Origin: Dudresnaya verticillata
Taxonomy: Eukaryota
Assembly: GCA_977862235.1 (NCBI GenBank)
Contig: OZ374558.1
Coordinates: 2,542,001-2,606,000 of the forward strand
Length of the DNA: 64,000 nt
Direction: 5' to 3'
Part shown: in pieces, positions 35,246 through 46,230 of the stretch
Numbering within the stretch: the first letter of the stretch is position 1
How the letters are laid out: the number at the start of each line of letters is the position of its first letter
Notes under the pieces: model-generated
What the model saw: only the letters and a program-made list of their open reading frames with translations
What the model was told of the DNA's origin: nothing
Databases searched by the model: none
Translations under genes and position numbers: made by a program

Positions 35246-38200
35246 GTCGGTGAGGTCACTCGGTTCTTCGTTGGGGTCAATTCGATAAAGGTCAAACGGA
35301 TCATCGTCATCGATATCGTCCCATAAGTCGCAGTCATCGTAGACATCCGTTTGGCCTGCGTATTCATCACGTAGTTCTGCGTCGTGTTCATGGTCGCAGC
35401 CTTCGTAGCACGTATGATTTGGGGTTCGGAACCCGTGGTGACCTCCGTGGGTCGTGGCGTAGTGCCTGCTCGATGTACGCGTGTCGCGGGTGTAGTCTTT
35501 CGCGTAGAGTCGTGGCGAATCGCGGTGGGCTTCGATTGACGTTTGCGGGATCGCGTAGTAATGAGAACCGGGTCTCTTTCGTTTTCGATGGTTTTCGTAA
35601 TGTCGTTGCGGAAACGTTCTTCGTTCTGCGCTGCGATTTGATCCGAGTCAAACGTAGGAACTTCGTCGTCGATTGCGGGTTGTTCGCGAAGCGGAAGTAG
35701 CAATCGCGAGAGGGCATCGGGAATCTGGTGGACGCGACCGGGGCGATACACGATTTCGAAGTCGAATTCGGCTAAGCGAAGCCTCCATCGCGTGAGTCGC
35801 TCGGACGAATCGGTAAGGGAAAGAAGCCACCGGAGAGCATCGTCGTCCGTACGCACGGTGAGCCGGGTCCCTTTGATATACGGACGCAACGAAGTAACCG
35901 CCCATACGACTGCGTAGCATTCGCGCTCGGTTGCGGAGTAGTTCTTCTCGGCATCGTTTAACGAATACGACCAGTAGCCCACGGGTTGGAATTCTTCGTT
36001 ATCTTGCTCCTGTAGCAACGCGCATCCGAGTTGATACGCAGACGCGTCCGTATCGATAATGTAACGTTTCCCGAGTTGCGGTAACCGGAGTATCGGCGGT
36101 GACACGAGCTTCCGTTTGAGCGTTTCGAATGCGGTAACCTGATCCTCCGTGGGATTCTCGTAGTCGGGATCCGCGTCCTTTCGCGTCAGGTTCGTCAATG
36201 GTCGCGCAATTTTCGCGAAGTCTTTCACGAATCTTCGGTATACGTTACACGCGCCAAGGAACGAACGGACTTGCGTGAGTGTCTTCGGGAACTTCGCGTA
36301 TCGGAATGCTTCGGAGCTCTTCTCGGCCATATTCAGCTTCCCCGGGGAAATTACGTGTCCGAGATAGTCGACTCGCTTTCGGAAAAGGAAGCACTTCTTC
36401 ATCTTGAGCGAAACTCCGGAGTTACGAAGTAGCGTGAGAACTTGATCGAGATGCGCGATGTGTTCACGAAGATTCGCGGAGAAAACGATCACGTCATCGA
36501 GGTAAACGAGACAGCACTGCCAACGGACTCCGGATAGAATAATGTCGAGTGCGCGTTGAAACGTAGCGGGCGCGTTTTTCAATCCGAAGGGCATACGAAG
36601 ATAACGATACGTTCCGAGAAACGAAGTAGACGTAGTCTTATCGCGGTCTTCCGGGGCAACCGGAGTCTGCCAGTACCCGCTGTTACAATCGAGTGTCGAG
36701 AAAATCGAAGCGTCTCCGAGTGAATCGATACAATCTTCCATCCGGGGAAGTGGGTACGCGTCGGATAGCGTCTTCGTATTGAGTCTTCGGTAATCTACGC
36801 AAAAACGAAGTGTTCCGTCTTTCTTCGGTGCGAGGACTACGGGGGACGCCCACTCCGAGGTGGCTGGTTCGATTACTCCGGCTTCGAGCATACTGTCGAT
36901 TTCGTTACGCACGATTTCACGTATTGCGTGCCCTTGACGATAGGGCATCGAACGGATAGGTCGAGTACCGGGTTGTAGATCGATCCGATGCTCCGTGGCT
37001 GCGATCGTTCCGAGGTCTCCGTTCCACATCGATTCGTGCTTACGTAGCATCTCGAGGACCTCGTTTCGCATAGTTTCATCGGGTATGTTCGAAAGGTCTA
37101 CGCGTTCTTCCCAATCGCGGGAACTCGAATTGGCTTCTGCTGCTGCAGTCGCGGCACCCTTCGTGAGCGGTTTTTCCTTCGTGGATACGGATTCTTCGGG
37201 TGACTTCGAGTCGTCGTGCTCACGTAGCGTAGAGATGTTGAGCACCTTGGCAAACGAATCCGCGACTTCGCGATCGGGTGTCAGAATCGCGAGAGGGTTT
37301 CGAGCTGCGTATCCGATGACGGTTCCCTTCGGTAGAGCTCGAGGCTTATCCGTGAAGTTCGCCATCAACACCGAAAACTCGCGATTCGGACTGACTTCGT
37401 GTATCCCGTTCGTTAACCGTACTCCGTGTCGGTGTTGTAACGAAGGCTTCGGTTCGATATGAATTAGTCCGAGTGCTTCCGAGGTCACGGTGACTAGCTT
37501 CTGCGAATAACTCGGTATGGTGACGCGGCGGTTCAAACGAATGGTACGGGTATCACGGTCCCAATCGTGGAGCTCGCGTTGGTGTCGCTTCGATAGCGTT
37601 TTCTCGAATTTCTGCTTCGGATTTTTCGAATTAGTGACGGGTGGAGCCGATCCAGCAATGCGGTTGATAATCGGAATCTTGCTTCCACTCTTCGTGATGA
37701 GCCTCCGTGGGCTGAGCTCGATGCTTCGTAAATGCGCGTCCATCCACGAAGTTCCAAGGAGAACGTCGACCGCGAGTTTCTCCGCAACCACGAAGGGTAC
37801 GCGGTATCGAACGTTCCCGAGGCGGACTGTCAGGTAAACGATACCATCGAGTCGCAACGGGGTGCGATCAGCGGACGCGAGCCTCGGAGCTGATTCCATC
37901 GTGGACGCGTTCGCTTCCCAACCGGTGGGTAACGCAGCCCGGGCTATTAAGTTGTAACCGGAACACGTATCGACTGCAATCGTATGCGGCGTCATTACGG
38001 AGGCATCGAGGCCAATGGATCCGGTCACGAGGAAGATCTCCGAAGTCATTAAGCAAACGTATCCCTCGGTGGTAACTTCGGGTTCGGTCTTCGAGATCGG
38101 TTTCGTCTTCGAATTGTTTTCGCACGAAGCGTCTTTCGCGAGGACTCGACATCGCTTTCGGTCTCGTCGTCGTGCAGCGCGCTTCCTTCGCATCGTAGTG

Positions 38201-38262
38201 GCTCTCGGAATCGGAATACGCGGTGTGTCTCGGGGAACGGATTTAGACGAAGTACGTGACAC
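35242..38262 (-). CDS. pol: A2 pol: protease, reverse transcriptase, RNase H
   Basis: YLDD and DTDAS; nearly identical to A1 pol. Confidence 0.94.
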   Translation of the reverse strand: MSRTSSKSVPRDTPRIPIPRATTMRRKRAARRRDRKRCRVLAKDASCENNSKTKPISKTEPEVTTEGYVCLMTSEIFLVTGSIGLDASVMTPHTIAVDTCSGYNLIARAALPTGWEANASTMESAPRLASADRTPLRLDGIVYLTVRLGNVRYRVPFVVAEKLAVDVLLGTSWMDAHLRSIELSPRRLITKSGSKIPIINRIAGSAPPVTNSKNPKQKFEKTLSKRHQRELHDWDRDTRTIRLNRRVTIPSYSQKLVTVTSEALGLIHIEPKPSLQHRHGVRLTNGIHEVSPNREFSVLMANFTDKPRALPKGTVIGYAARNPLAILTPDREVADSFAKVLNISTLREHDDSKSPEESVSTKEKPLTKGAATAAAEANSSSRDWEERVDLSNIPDETMRNEVLEMLRKHESMWNGDLGTIAATEHRIDLQPGTRPIRSMPYRQGHAIREIVRNEIDSMLEAGVIEPATSEWASPVVLAPKKDGTLRFCVDYRRLNTKTLSDAYPLPRMEDCIDSLGDASIFSTLDCNSGYWQTPVAPEDRDKTTSTSFLGTYRYLRMPFGLKNAPATFQRALDIILSGVRWQCCLVYLDDVIVFSANLREHIAHLDQVLTLLRNSGVSLKMKKCFLFRKRVDYLGHVISPGKLNMAEKSSEAFRYAKFPKTLTQVRSFLGACNVYRRFVKDFAKIARPLTNLTRKDADPDYENPTEDQVTAFETLKRKLVSPPILRLPQLGKRYIIDTDASAYQLGCALLQEQDNEEFQPVGYWSYSLNDAEKNYSATERECYAVVWAVTSLRPYIKGTRLTVRTDDDALRWLLSLTDSSERLTRWRLRLAEFDFEIVYRPGRVHQIPDALSRLLLPLREQPAIDDEVPTFDSDQIAAQNEERFRNDITKTIENERDPVLITTRSRKRQSKPTAIRHDSTRKTTPATRVHRAGTTPRPTEVTTGSEPQIIRATKAATMNTTQNYVMNTQAKRMSTMTATYGTISMTMIRLTFIELTPTKNRVTSPT

Positions 38263-38279
38263 AACGGGCGTCTTCGCCT

Positions 38280-40724
38280 TTACCCGTTTTCCGAACTCGA
38301 ACTAGAATCCGAATTGCGAGCGTCCGCGTCCAATGGGGAGGTTGATCGATCACCTCTTCCGTTGTTCGCGGAGTCTTCGTAAGCCTCCGAGGGCAGGTTC
38401 GGGTGACTCGGCTCAATCGCGTCAACGTTTTCACGGACTGCGAGAACCGGTTGACGGCCCGGGGCCTGCGCGTGTCTCGGATTGCGGAGGACTGTCGGCG
38501 GTCCTCGACACTCGAAGCTGACTTGACGCTGGGCTCGGTCCCTCGGGTAGCGCGTATCGCCTTGACGAAGATCTCGGTTTACGCGATTGTCACGTGATCC
38601 TCGGGAGTCTTGTCCACGGTGACCTCGATTGTCAACGGACGCGAACGAATTCCCTCTTGATGCGCCGCGATTCACGAAGTTATTACGCGTATACGGTCTC
38701 GTCTCGAGTTGGTACAAGTAGTTCTGGTACGCGCAATAGAGTTTTTGCTCCTTCGTGAGATACGGACACGAATACATGAGGTGACCGATTTCGCGACAGA
38801 ACCAACACGGCCACGCATCTTGATTCTTCGGTATCATCGAACGCGCCATCTCGATTTGCTCCGGGGTCATCGGGGGGACACGCGCGGGTACGAAACGCTC
38901 GATGCGACTCGTGAGATCTAACGTATCGTCCACGGAGACCGTTGTCGAAGTAGTCGGTGTAGCGGATGTGGACCCGGTTCCTGAACGAATCATCATCACG
39001 GCCATTTGCGGGTCTTCGTTCATCGGGTACTCGTATTCACTCCCGGGAGTGTCGCAAGCTTCGATAAGCATCGTGCGTCCGGGCGCTTGGCGATTCTTCG
39101 GGTACGTAGGAGACACTCGGTTCTTCGAATCACGCGACTGTTGGGCCGCGGTGTCACGTAGTTCGCGAGCTCGGAATGTCGTGCCTTCGGCTTGCGCGAT
39201 TCGTTGCACGCTCATAAAATTCTTCTGCTCGGACAGCGGTAAACGGCGAACCTGGTCGGCCACGATAGGATACGTAGTAGGTAGTAATCCACGAATAAAC
39301 TGGTGCGTTAACGAAGAGTCATCGTAGACACCGGAGCAGACATCCGCGTAGCCTTGCAAACGAGTCGCAAACTCCATCTTGGTTTCATCGGACTTCTGCT
39401 TCGCGGTTATCACGCGATCGTGTGCGTCTGCGATTACGTCTTCCGTGAGAAATCGCTGTAGTAACACGTTCACGATCGCGGACCAGCAAACCGGGTTGCC
39501 CGTACGAACGCCTCCGAAGGCATAGTGTTGATACACCTTGAGCGCGGTCTCATCGAGAAACCACGAAATCGTACGAACTGCTGCTCCTTCGGTGAGCCCG
39601 ACTCCGTTCAGCGCTTGTCGAATATCACGAAGAAATGCGAGAACCTTAATCGGGTCGCGTCCCGTGAACTTCTCGAGTCTCGGCATCATCGAACGCATGC
39701 GTGAAACGGTTTTCGACGTGTTACCTCGGAATACTTCGTGTTGATTATCCCGAGGTGACGAATTCGTGAGTCGATACGATCGATAGCTTACGGCCCGCGC
39801 GAATTCGGGAATGAGCGTCGGTATCGGTTCGACGCCCGGCTCGAGCGGTCCCCAGTGCCAGAACGATGACACGGGTCCCGCGAGCGCTAACGGATTTTCT
39901 GTTACGGGTCCTCCGGGGGACATCGGTGGTTGCAGCGAATCTCGGAATACTGCGGGGTTGATACGGGGGTTGTCGGAGGCATCGGTTGCCTGATTCGATA
40001 AAGCGTGCGGGGACGGATTCGGATATTTCGGTAACGTAGATTGGGCACCCGGGCCTTGCACGGGTTGAACTAGCGGCGAATTGCGGGGGTCAGGACGGGC
40101 TTCGGAATGATCTTCGCGACTTCGAGACTTCGGTAACGCTGCGGACACGATGTCACGAATAGCGTTCAACTGTTCCTCGGAGAATGCGTGCGAGCTGCGA
40201 ACGGGAAGCGAGTGACTCGCCTTGCCCACGGGGGCGGATACGTTGCGCTCGAGCACGAGAAACCGATTGCTGACTCCCGAGACGAGATCCCGGAGACTCT
40301 CGAGTGAGTCTTCGATCCTACGGACCTTGCCAGCGCGGAGATTGTTGAACTCTTCGTGAACTCGATTGTGCGTATTACGAATTGACAACTGCGTGATACG
40401 GTACGCGGTAGAAAGCGCATCGATGACTTCTTCGTATAGTAAACGTAATTCGGAACCGGAGACGTGCTTCATCGAGAAGAGTCGATCGACGGTATCCGAG
40501 GGAACGATTTCCAACGGAGTGTACGTATACGAAAGGTCGGACTGGCTACCGTGAGCCTGCGAACGCGAGTCTGTGCGAAGATCGGGTACCGTTATTCGTG
40601 AAGCGCGAGTGCGAGAAAACGGTTCTCGGTCACTCGCGTTCGAGTCGAACAACGAGAGCTCCGGAATCGGTACGTCATCGGATTTCGGTACCCGCGAATC
40701 GGAACGACTCGGAGCGTGAGACAT
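38280..40724 (-). CDS. gag: A2 gag, 814 aa
   Basis: Intact ATG-initiated ORF downstream of the PBS; CWFCREIGHLMYSC knuckle. Confidence 0.93.
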   Translation of the reverse strand: MSHAPSRSDSRVPKSDDVPIPELSLFDSNASDREPFSRTRASRITVPDLRTDSRSQAHGSQSDLSYTYTPLEIVPSDTVDRLFSMKHVSGSELRLLYEEVIDALSTAYRITQLSIRNTHNRVHEEFNNLRAGKVRRIEDSLESLRDLVSGVSNRFLVLERNVSAPVGKASHSLPVRSSHAFSEEQLNAIRDIVSAALPKSRSREDHSEARPDPRNSPLVQPVQGPGAQSTLPKYPNPSPHALSNQATDASDNPRINPAVFRDSLQPPMSPGGPVTENPLALAGPVSSFWHWGPLEPGVEPIPTLIPEFARAVSYRSYRLTNSSPRDNQHEVFRGNTSKTVSRMRSMMPRLEKFTGRDPIKVLAFLRDIRQALNGVGLTEGAAVRTISWFLDETALKVYQHYAFGGVRTGNPVCWSAIVNVLLQRFLTEDVIADAHDRVITAKQKSDETKMEFATRLQGYADVCSGVYDDSSLTHQFIRGLLPTTYPIVADQVRRLPLSEQKNFMSVQRIAQAEGTTFRARELRDTAAQQSRDSKNRVSPTYPKNRQAPGRTMLIEACDTPGSEYEYPMNEDPQMAVMMIRSGTGSTSATPTTSTTVSVDDTLDLTSRIERFVPARVPPMTPEQIEMARSMIPKNQDAWPCWFCREIGHLMYSCPYLTKEQKLYCAYQNYLYQLETRPYTRNNFVNRGASRGNSFASVDNRGHRGQDSRGSRDNRVNRDLRQGDTRYPRDRAQRQVSFECRGPPTVLRNPRHAQAPGRQPVLAVRENVDAIEPSHPNLPSEAYEDSANNGRGDRSTSPLDADARNSDSSSSSENG

Positions 40725-40795
40725 CGTGTCTCGGATAGAAACGAATTACGAATAAATGCGAAACTTCGGGACCACGTTCTAGGTCGGGAGACCAG

Positions 40796-41646
40796 TGCGG
40801 TATAAGGAAAACGAAGTCCACGGAGACGCGGGGAAGTCTCGCACTGTAAGCGAATGGCCTCGGAGCCTAGCGAATGGCCTCGTAGCCTAACGAAGAAACG
40901 AAAACGGGGTGGTAGCGTGGTAGAGCGGAGCGGCTAACACGAAGGACCACGGTGTCAACGTATTCGTGTGCGGAAGGGAGAACTCGAGCAATCGATCACC
41001 GGGGATGACTCCGGGTGCGCGGGGCTATCGAAAGCGAGGCTCGACCGTATCCGCAGTCACGAAGACGAAGACACCGGACTCGAAGAAACAGCGTTTACCG
41101 AAGACTCCGAGGTCCGGGCGCTAGTCGCTTATCGGAAACCCTCGGAGGTTGTGCCAGACGACTGGCTAAGTACTTCTACGTGAGCACGAATGCGCGTCAA
41201 CTCGGGAGACGGTTGGTACTCGAATGATTCGTAACGGCCTCGGTGCCAGCGAACGGTCGCCTCACGTATGGTGGCGGTTGCGGAGTGCGCCAGCGATGCA
41301 TACGGAGGTGCGCGTGTCTCGTGGGCCGCGGTGCCGTTACGCGCGGGAAACAACGGGAAAGTCACGAAGGTGTCAGCGATTTCGTATCGGGTGCGCACTG
41401 TAATGCGAATGCCATCGTGGCGTGCGCGATCGCGAAGTCGGATCGGGATTCATCCGGAGGTGTCAGCGATTTCGTATCACGTGCGTGCTGTAATGCGTAT
41501 GCCATCGTGGCGCGCGCACCGTATGCATCGCTGTAATACGTTTGCCATCGTGGCGTGCGCATTCACGGAGTCATTTCGAAATTCGTATTTCTCGATTACT
41601 TTCACGGAGGCCACGGAGTCATTACACGAATAGCGTCTATACCACA
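40796..41646 (-). repeat. 5' LTR of A2
   Basis: Adjacent to the PBS; the terminus reads TGCGG instead of TGTGG. Confidence 0.97.
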
Positions 41647-42300
41647 TTGTTAAGTTTCTGGTCCTTTGACTTAGCCTTTGGACCTTGGTCAACCAACTGG
41701 AAGGCATCTAAAACCTTAAGGGTAGTCTTCGTGAAGCCTTTGAAATCCTTTTTGAGGCCATGCTGGGCGAAGTTCAGGTCAGATTGTAACCGATTCCGGA
41801 GACTTACCGGACGGATAGCCGATAGAACGTGTGCCACAGCTACCTTTTGGTAATCTTTGAAGTAGCCAAGTAAGACCATTGCGTCTTAGGATAGCATGGT
41901 AGGCGACAAAGAGTGACTCCATGCGAGAACGAGAGTTTTTGTCACTCATGTCCATGCGGAGTTCGCGTTCCACAGTAGAGTCGATTGCCTCAAGGGTGAC
42001 AGCTTCTGGTGCTTCTTTAGCCTTCTCATCGAGATGATTTCGAAGTACCGTGTCGGTTAATGCCTCGTAGGTATCAACCCCTTCAATGAACCAAAGGGCG
42101 ATTGCGGACTCAAGATATTCCGGGTCAACACAAAACTTTAAGTTGACCGGTCGGACAGCTTCTGAAGAGGTAGACCCAGCAGTGGTAAGTTGCAATGCAC
42201 GGGCCTGAACCTCATGGGTGTACTGATCGTACAGTTTGAGAAACACCCTGATGGACTCCGCATCGGTTTTGTGAAGCCTAGGGTTGTCAAAGGATGTTGC
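41647..42300 (-). pseudogene. gag: F gag N-terminal part, frameshifted near 41860
   Basis: ..KSKDQKLN joins KSYRSG.. at 32719 in frame once A2 and one TSD copy are removed. Confidence 0.8.
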
Positions 42301-42479
42301 GACGAACGCGCCTTGCGTCGTGATAGCCGGCTCGGAATGACCTGACTTGGTTCTTTTCCTTGACCTTCGATGGTAGCCGGTTGTTTTTTAGCAACGGTTG
42401 AGGGTGACCGAAACTCCTCGGTTACAAAGTAGAACACAGCTTGTGTGTAGCTGTAGCCGCAAGTCCCGTCAGTGATCAC

Positions 42480-42715
42480 TGTGACAGGCTTAAGATTTTG
42501 TAGCCGGGGGAAACTTTGGTTTTTGGGGTTGTGTTGTTCTGATGTTTCGGCGCCTCTCTAAAGAGGGCTTCTCTAGAGAAACCACTTGGTTAGATACTAA
42601 CTCATGGAGCAAAACTACTAGTGCATAGTACAGTAACCAAGAGGTATGTAAGATAAAGTATGTAAGTCCTACGCATGTGCCGGTAGAAACCTACCAGGTA
42701 TTCCATCCTGGTACA
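42480..42715 (-). repeat. 5' LTR of F (236 bp; lacks 42 bp present in the 3' LTR)
   Basis: Direct comparison with 28368-28645. Confidence 0.95.
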
Positions 42716-42781
42716 CGCGCGAGTCTCTATGTGCCATTCCAATCAGGGTTTGGGGAACTTCAATCCCAACCAGAGGAACAT

Positions 42782-43561
42782 ATGTTTGCAGCGAGCAAGC
42801 GCTCCCGGTTTTCTGTTTCTTCAGATTACAAAAAAGACGGTGTTGGTTACGGTAAGAGACATCTTACGACTCGTAGAGCCCATGATGACAAACCTTCCAA
42901 GGAGGAATCTCTTCAAGCTCCCGAAGGGCATCATGGACCCTATCGCTATGTTACGACTGCTAATGACTTAGTAAGTGCTGTTAAGAGGACAGAAGTGTCA
43001 CAAGACGTTTCGAGCCGCCGATATGAAAACTTGTTCGCGCTAAGAAATGTTCGCGGAAGAGAAGATTTTCCGTACTTCCGTCCTTGCTTTTTGGCGTCAC
43101 TATCTGCTGAAGAAGTGGAAAAGCTTTCACTTATAACCCGAAAATCCCTTTCGGGAAAGTTCGCTGACGCTAGAGAAACCGGCAACGAATGGAGCGTTGT
43201 TAGCCACATAAGTTTCGCAGATTTAGAGCCTCTTCTGTCAATATATATCTCAGACATTGCCAAGTTCGTGGGCACCAGAGCTATTCATCTCAACCGTGTC
43301 GTCCGAATGAGCACTAGAATTCAAACTTGGCCAGCGAAAGAGCTAAAGAATTTCAAATCCATGATGAAGACTGACTTGAATTCTTGGAAACTGAAAGGAA
43401 TGATTAGGAAGAAGCGTATTGGCGTTGCTGGAGACCCTTTTATGCGAATCCAACAAGTCTTTGAGAGAGTCAGGAATGAGGTACAGGAGCACAATCTCTC
43501 TGGAATACATGACAAAATTGAGAACGGACTCCGCAACGAGCTTACCCTTAAATATCCGTAA
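42782..43561 (+). CDS. Hypothetical 259-aa protein with a divergent RWP-RK-like domain
   Basis: Open frame from the first ATG; ISFADLEPLLSIYISDIAKFVGTRAIHLNRVVRMSTRIQTWPAKELK follows the RWP-RK spacing pattern. Confidence 0.55.
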   Translation: MFAASKRSRFSVSSDYKKDGVGYGKRHLTTRRAHDDKPSKEESLQAPEGHHGPYRYVTTANDLVSAVKRTEVSQDVSSRRYENLFALRNVRGREDFPYFRPCFLASLSAEEVEKLSLITRKSLSGKFADARETGNEWSVVSHISFADLEPLLSIYISDIAKFVGTRAIHLNRVVRMSTRIQTWPAKELKNFKSMMKTDLNSWKLKGMIRKKRIGVAGDPFMRIQQVFERVRNEVQEHNLSGIHDKIENGLRNELTLKYP

Positions 43562-44779
43562 GGGTGGAAAATCCCCTTTGCAATATCAGCACCGCATGTC
43601 CTATTGAGGACCCACTACACGATGATATTTTCATTACCTTGATGTACTAGCCTTTTCACATGCGACGTGCATGGGGAATTATTGAGATCCCACTACTGTA
43701 TGGGGTTCCCACAACAGCAGCATCATAAGGTCTGGGCTGAGTTGAGTCAACTTATGAACAGACGCACGCCCATGGAACCCACGCACCTCAGTTATAGATT
43801 ATGCTAGGTTGGAGTCCGAAAACAGCACTAGAATGTTCAGATTGCTTGGATGTTAGCGACAGATTACTATTGTACTAAAGAAGCGATAAAGTATCGCTAA
43901 TGAGACATAATGACTGACCTAGCTGTACAGTCCTGGAAAGGAAGGTTATGTTCTCCCGAGGTACTTAAAGAGATCTCATCGCTGGGGCAAAGGCATAGGT
44001 AAGAAAGAAAGAGCTCAATGGCCTACTGAAAACAGTTAGCTCGTCACACCCCTTTTTTATTGACATTGATTCCTTATCGGGAAGAACGACTTAACGATGA
44101 ATCGGGTGCGGTTAGTGATCGTAAACTTTTAATGGTTGTTCTAGGTGGTCCCGCTCGGGAGACTTAAGGCCCATGTGCAGGCACACCAGGGTCAGTTGCA
44201 GTGAAAGAGGGCTGTCACTGCAGTGTACCCCGGGAAGGGGAAAAGGACAGCGGTGGTATGTCTATGGCTGGGAGGATGGAGGCGTGTTCAGAGAGGGAAA
44301 CTATGCAGAGCGCAGGGTGCGGATGGCGGCGATCGTACTGGAAATGGTGTGATCCCAGCACAACATTGTGTGACTAGCTGAAGGTAACATTAAGAAGGCA
44401 AGCAAACACATATCGCAACAGGTAACTGTTAGATTTGTGTGTTGATGTACCCTCCAGTCTGGGCTACTCCCAGTTTCCGGCTGGTCTTTATACGGTAAGG
44501 AAAGTCCTACGACTACATTTTCGAACGTTTGCTTGTACTACAGGAGAGTCATCTCGGGGTAATAATTCCGGGGGAGTCTCCTGAAGAGCAGGGCCGGAGA
44601 GTTTCTTCACTTCTGTAATTGTCAGTTAAACTGCATTGCTGTGGTGAATGTTGACCATGATGGGTTCGTGACACATTGAACATCATTGTGCCAACTGTAA
44701 CACCACTTCATAACTATGAATTGTTCCGCGTTCAGCCAACTACGAACCGTTAGAGTAACTCGAAAAACGAAATGCGTCT

Positions 44780-46230
44780 GACTCAGCCTGATCCACCCTC
44801 GAAACGACCCAGTGCATGCCAGTTGAACCCTTAAACTGGTATGTCTACAACACAACCCACATCTTCTGTGCCTCGCAAATATCCGTGCTACAACTCGTGA
44901 CTTCAGATGTTCTATGTCTCGCGCTCTTCCGCATAGACACAACATCAACAGTTATGGACAGAAAGAGCTTCGCACTGTAGCACATTGTCACAATTGCGCC
45001 TTCCAATAGCCTCGTCCAAATAGACCATTCCTCCAATCCGGTCCAATCCGCATACATGCCCGTCCACCGAGCGCACGTGTTACGCTAGCCCCTCCGCTGC
45101 GTCCCTTTCCACGATCCCCGCATCCGAATGGCGCCGTGTCCAAAACATCACCGCACCCAACCCGCAAGTCCATGCGCTCCTAGTCGGGCTTTCTCAGAGC
45201 CGCGGCCCCAATTTCCTCTATAGATCTCGGTTGATGAGCTCGCTACCCTACCCTCCTGGCTCAAATTCGTTCTCTGCAATTCCCAAGTAGAACATTTCTT
45301 CTAAAACTGAACACGCAAAGCTCAGCTTCCGTAGTCCCATATTCTCGATACCGTTCATGCTTCATGATCGTCGCACGAAAGATGTAAGAAATCAGTCCCA
45401 CTTATCCAGAGCGCATCGCACTCAAAATCTAGTCTTCGCAGGGCGTTAGCTTGGACCGCCCAGATCAGCCGCCAGGCGCTTCCAAGATCTCGAGATCTGT
45501 CTCGAGAGTGTTTGATGATCAGTGTTTTCACTGCATTCGAAAAAGGTCCCTCTCTCTCTGCCTCATAGCCAGAAAGCCTGCTCATCAAACCAGGCGCCAG
45601 CTTCAGAATCTTTCCACGCCGCGGTACAACGGCGTCAAGCCCTACGCGGCCGATGAAAAGCCCCCGTTTATGGCACTGCACGTTTTGTCTCGGTCATGGA
45701 GCTCCCCTCAACAGCCCGCGGCCTGCTCGCCATCCGGGTGAAGTCTCGACGGCGCAGCGCTTGGACGGACTGCTGCGCAGCGTAGCAGTCGTATGGGTAG
45801 GGGGTAACGCGCAGCGACCGGTTGCGTGGCCGACTCTGCGTGCCTGGCAGGCTGGCGGCGCGGCGCCACTGCTGGGGTCTCATCGAGCGCAATGCACCCA
45901 CAGACACGTGCAATTCGGGGTTCGGCCTCAGCGCAGTTCCCAAAATCCGTGAGCGGATCAATGCTCTCCACCCGAAATCCGTCCAATCAACACTCGCACA
46001 AGAACCGGTACGACGCTGGGCGGCGCTGATTGGCTGTGAAACCCTCAATTACGACAACCAATCGAATCCACCGTTTTCTCCAATTCAGCCGGCGGCCAGA
46101 GTCTCTTTTCAGCTTCGTCCGCCTATTGACTACCACCCGCATCGCCTCTTAGCACACCCTGCCTGTGCGCTGCCCTTCCTCCAGCGCCAGAGCCGCTTGA
46201 GAGCATCACCGCCGTTCTCCGCAAGTCCCT
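44780..46230 (-). repeat. Degenerate dispersed repeat, copy 2 (inverted)
   Basis: Colinear reverse-complement blocks of ~21700-23225. Confidence 0.8.

Larger units (their letters stand above)
32720..41646 (-). mobile_element. Family A copy 2, nested in F gag
   Basis: 851-bp LTRs, TSD TTGTT (32715-32719 and 41647-41651), PBS at 40777-40794, PPT at 33571-33587. Confidence 0.97.
28368..42715 (-). mobile_element. Ty3/gypsy chromodomain element F with a single gag-pol frame, interrupted by A2
   Basis: LTRs TGTGACAGG..CCTGGTACA, TSD CGCGC, PPT AAAAGAGGGGAG at 28646-28657. Confidence 0.95.

Noticed and set aside
42677..42781. GTG start for the RWP-RK-like ORF
   Set aside because: It lies inside the F LTR; the first ATG is at 42782.
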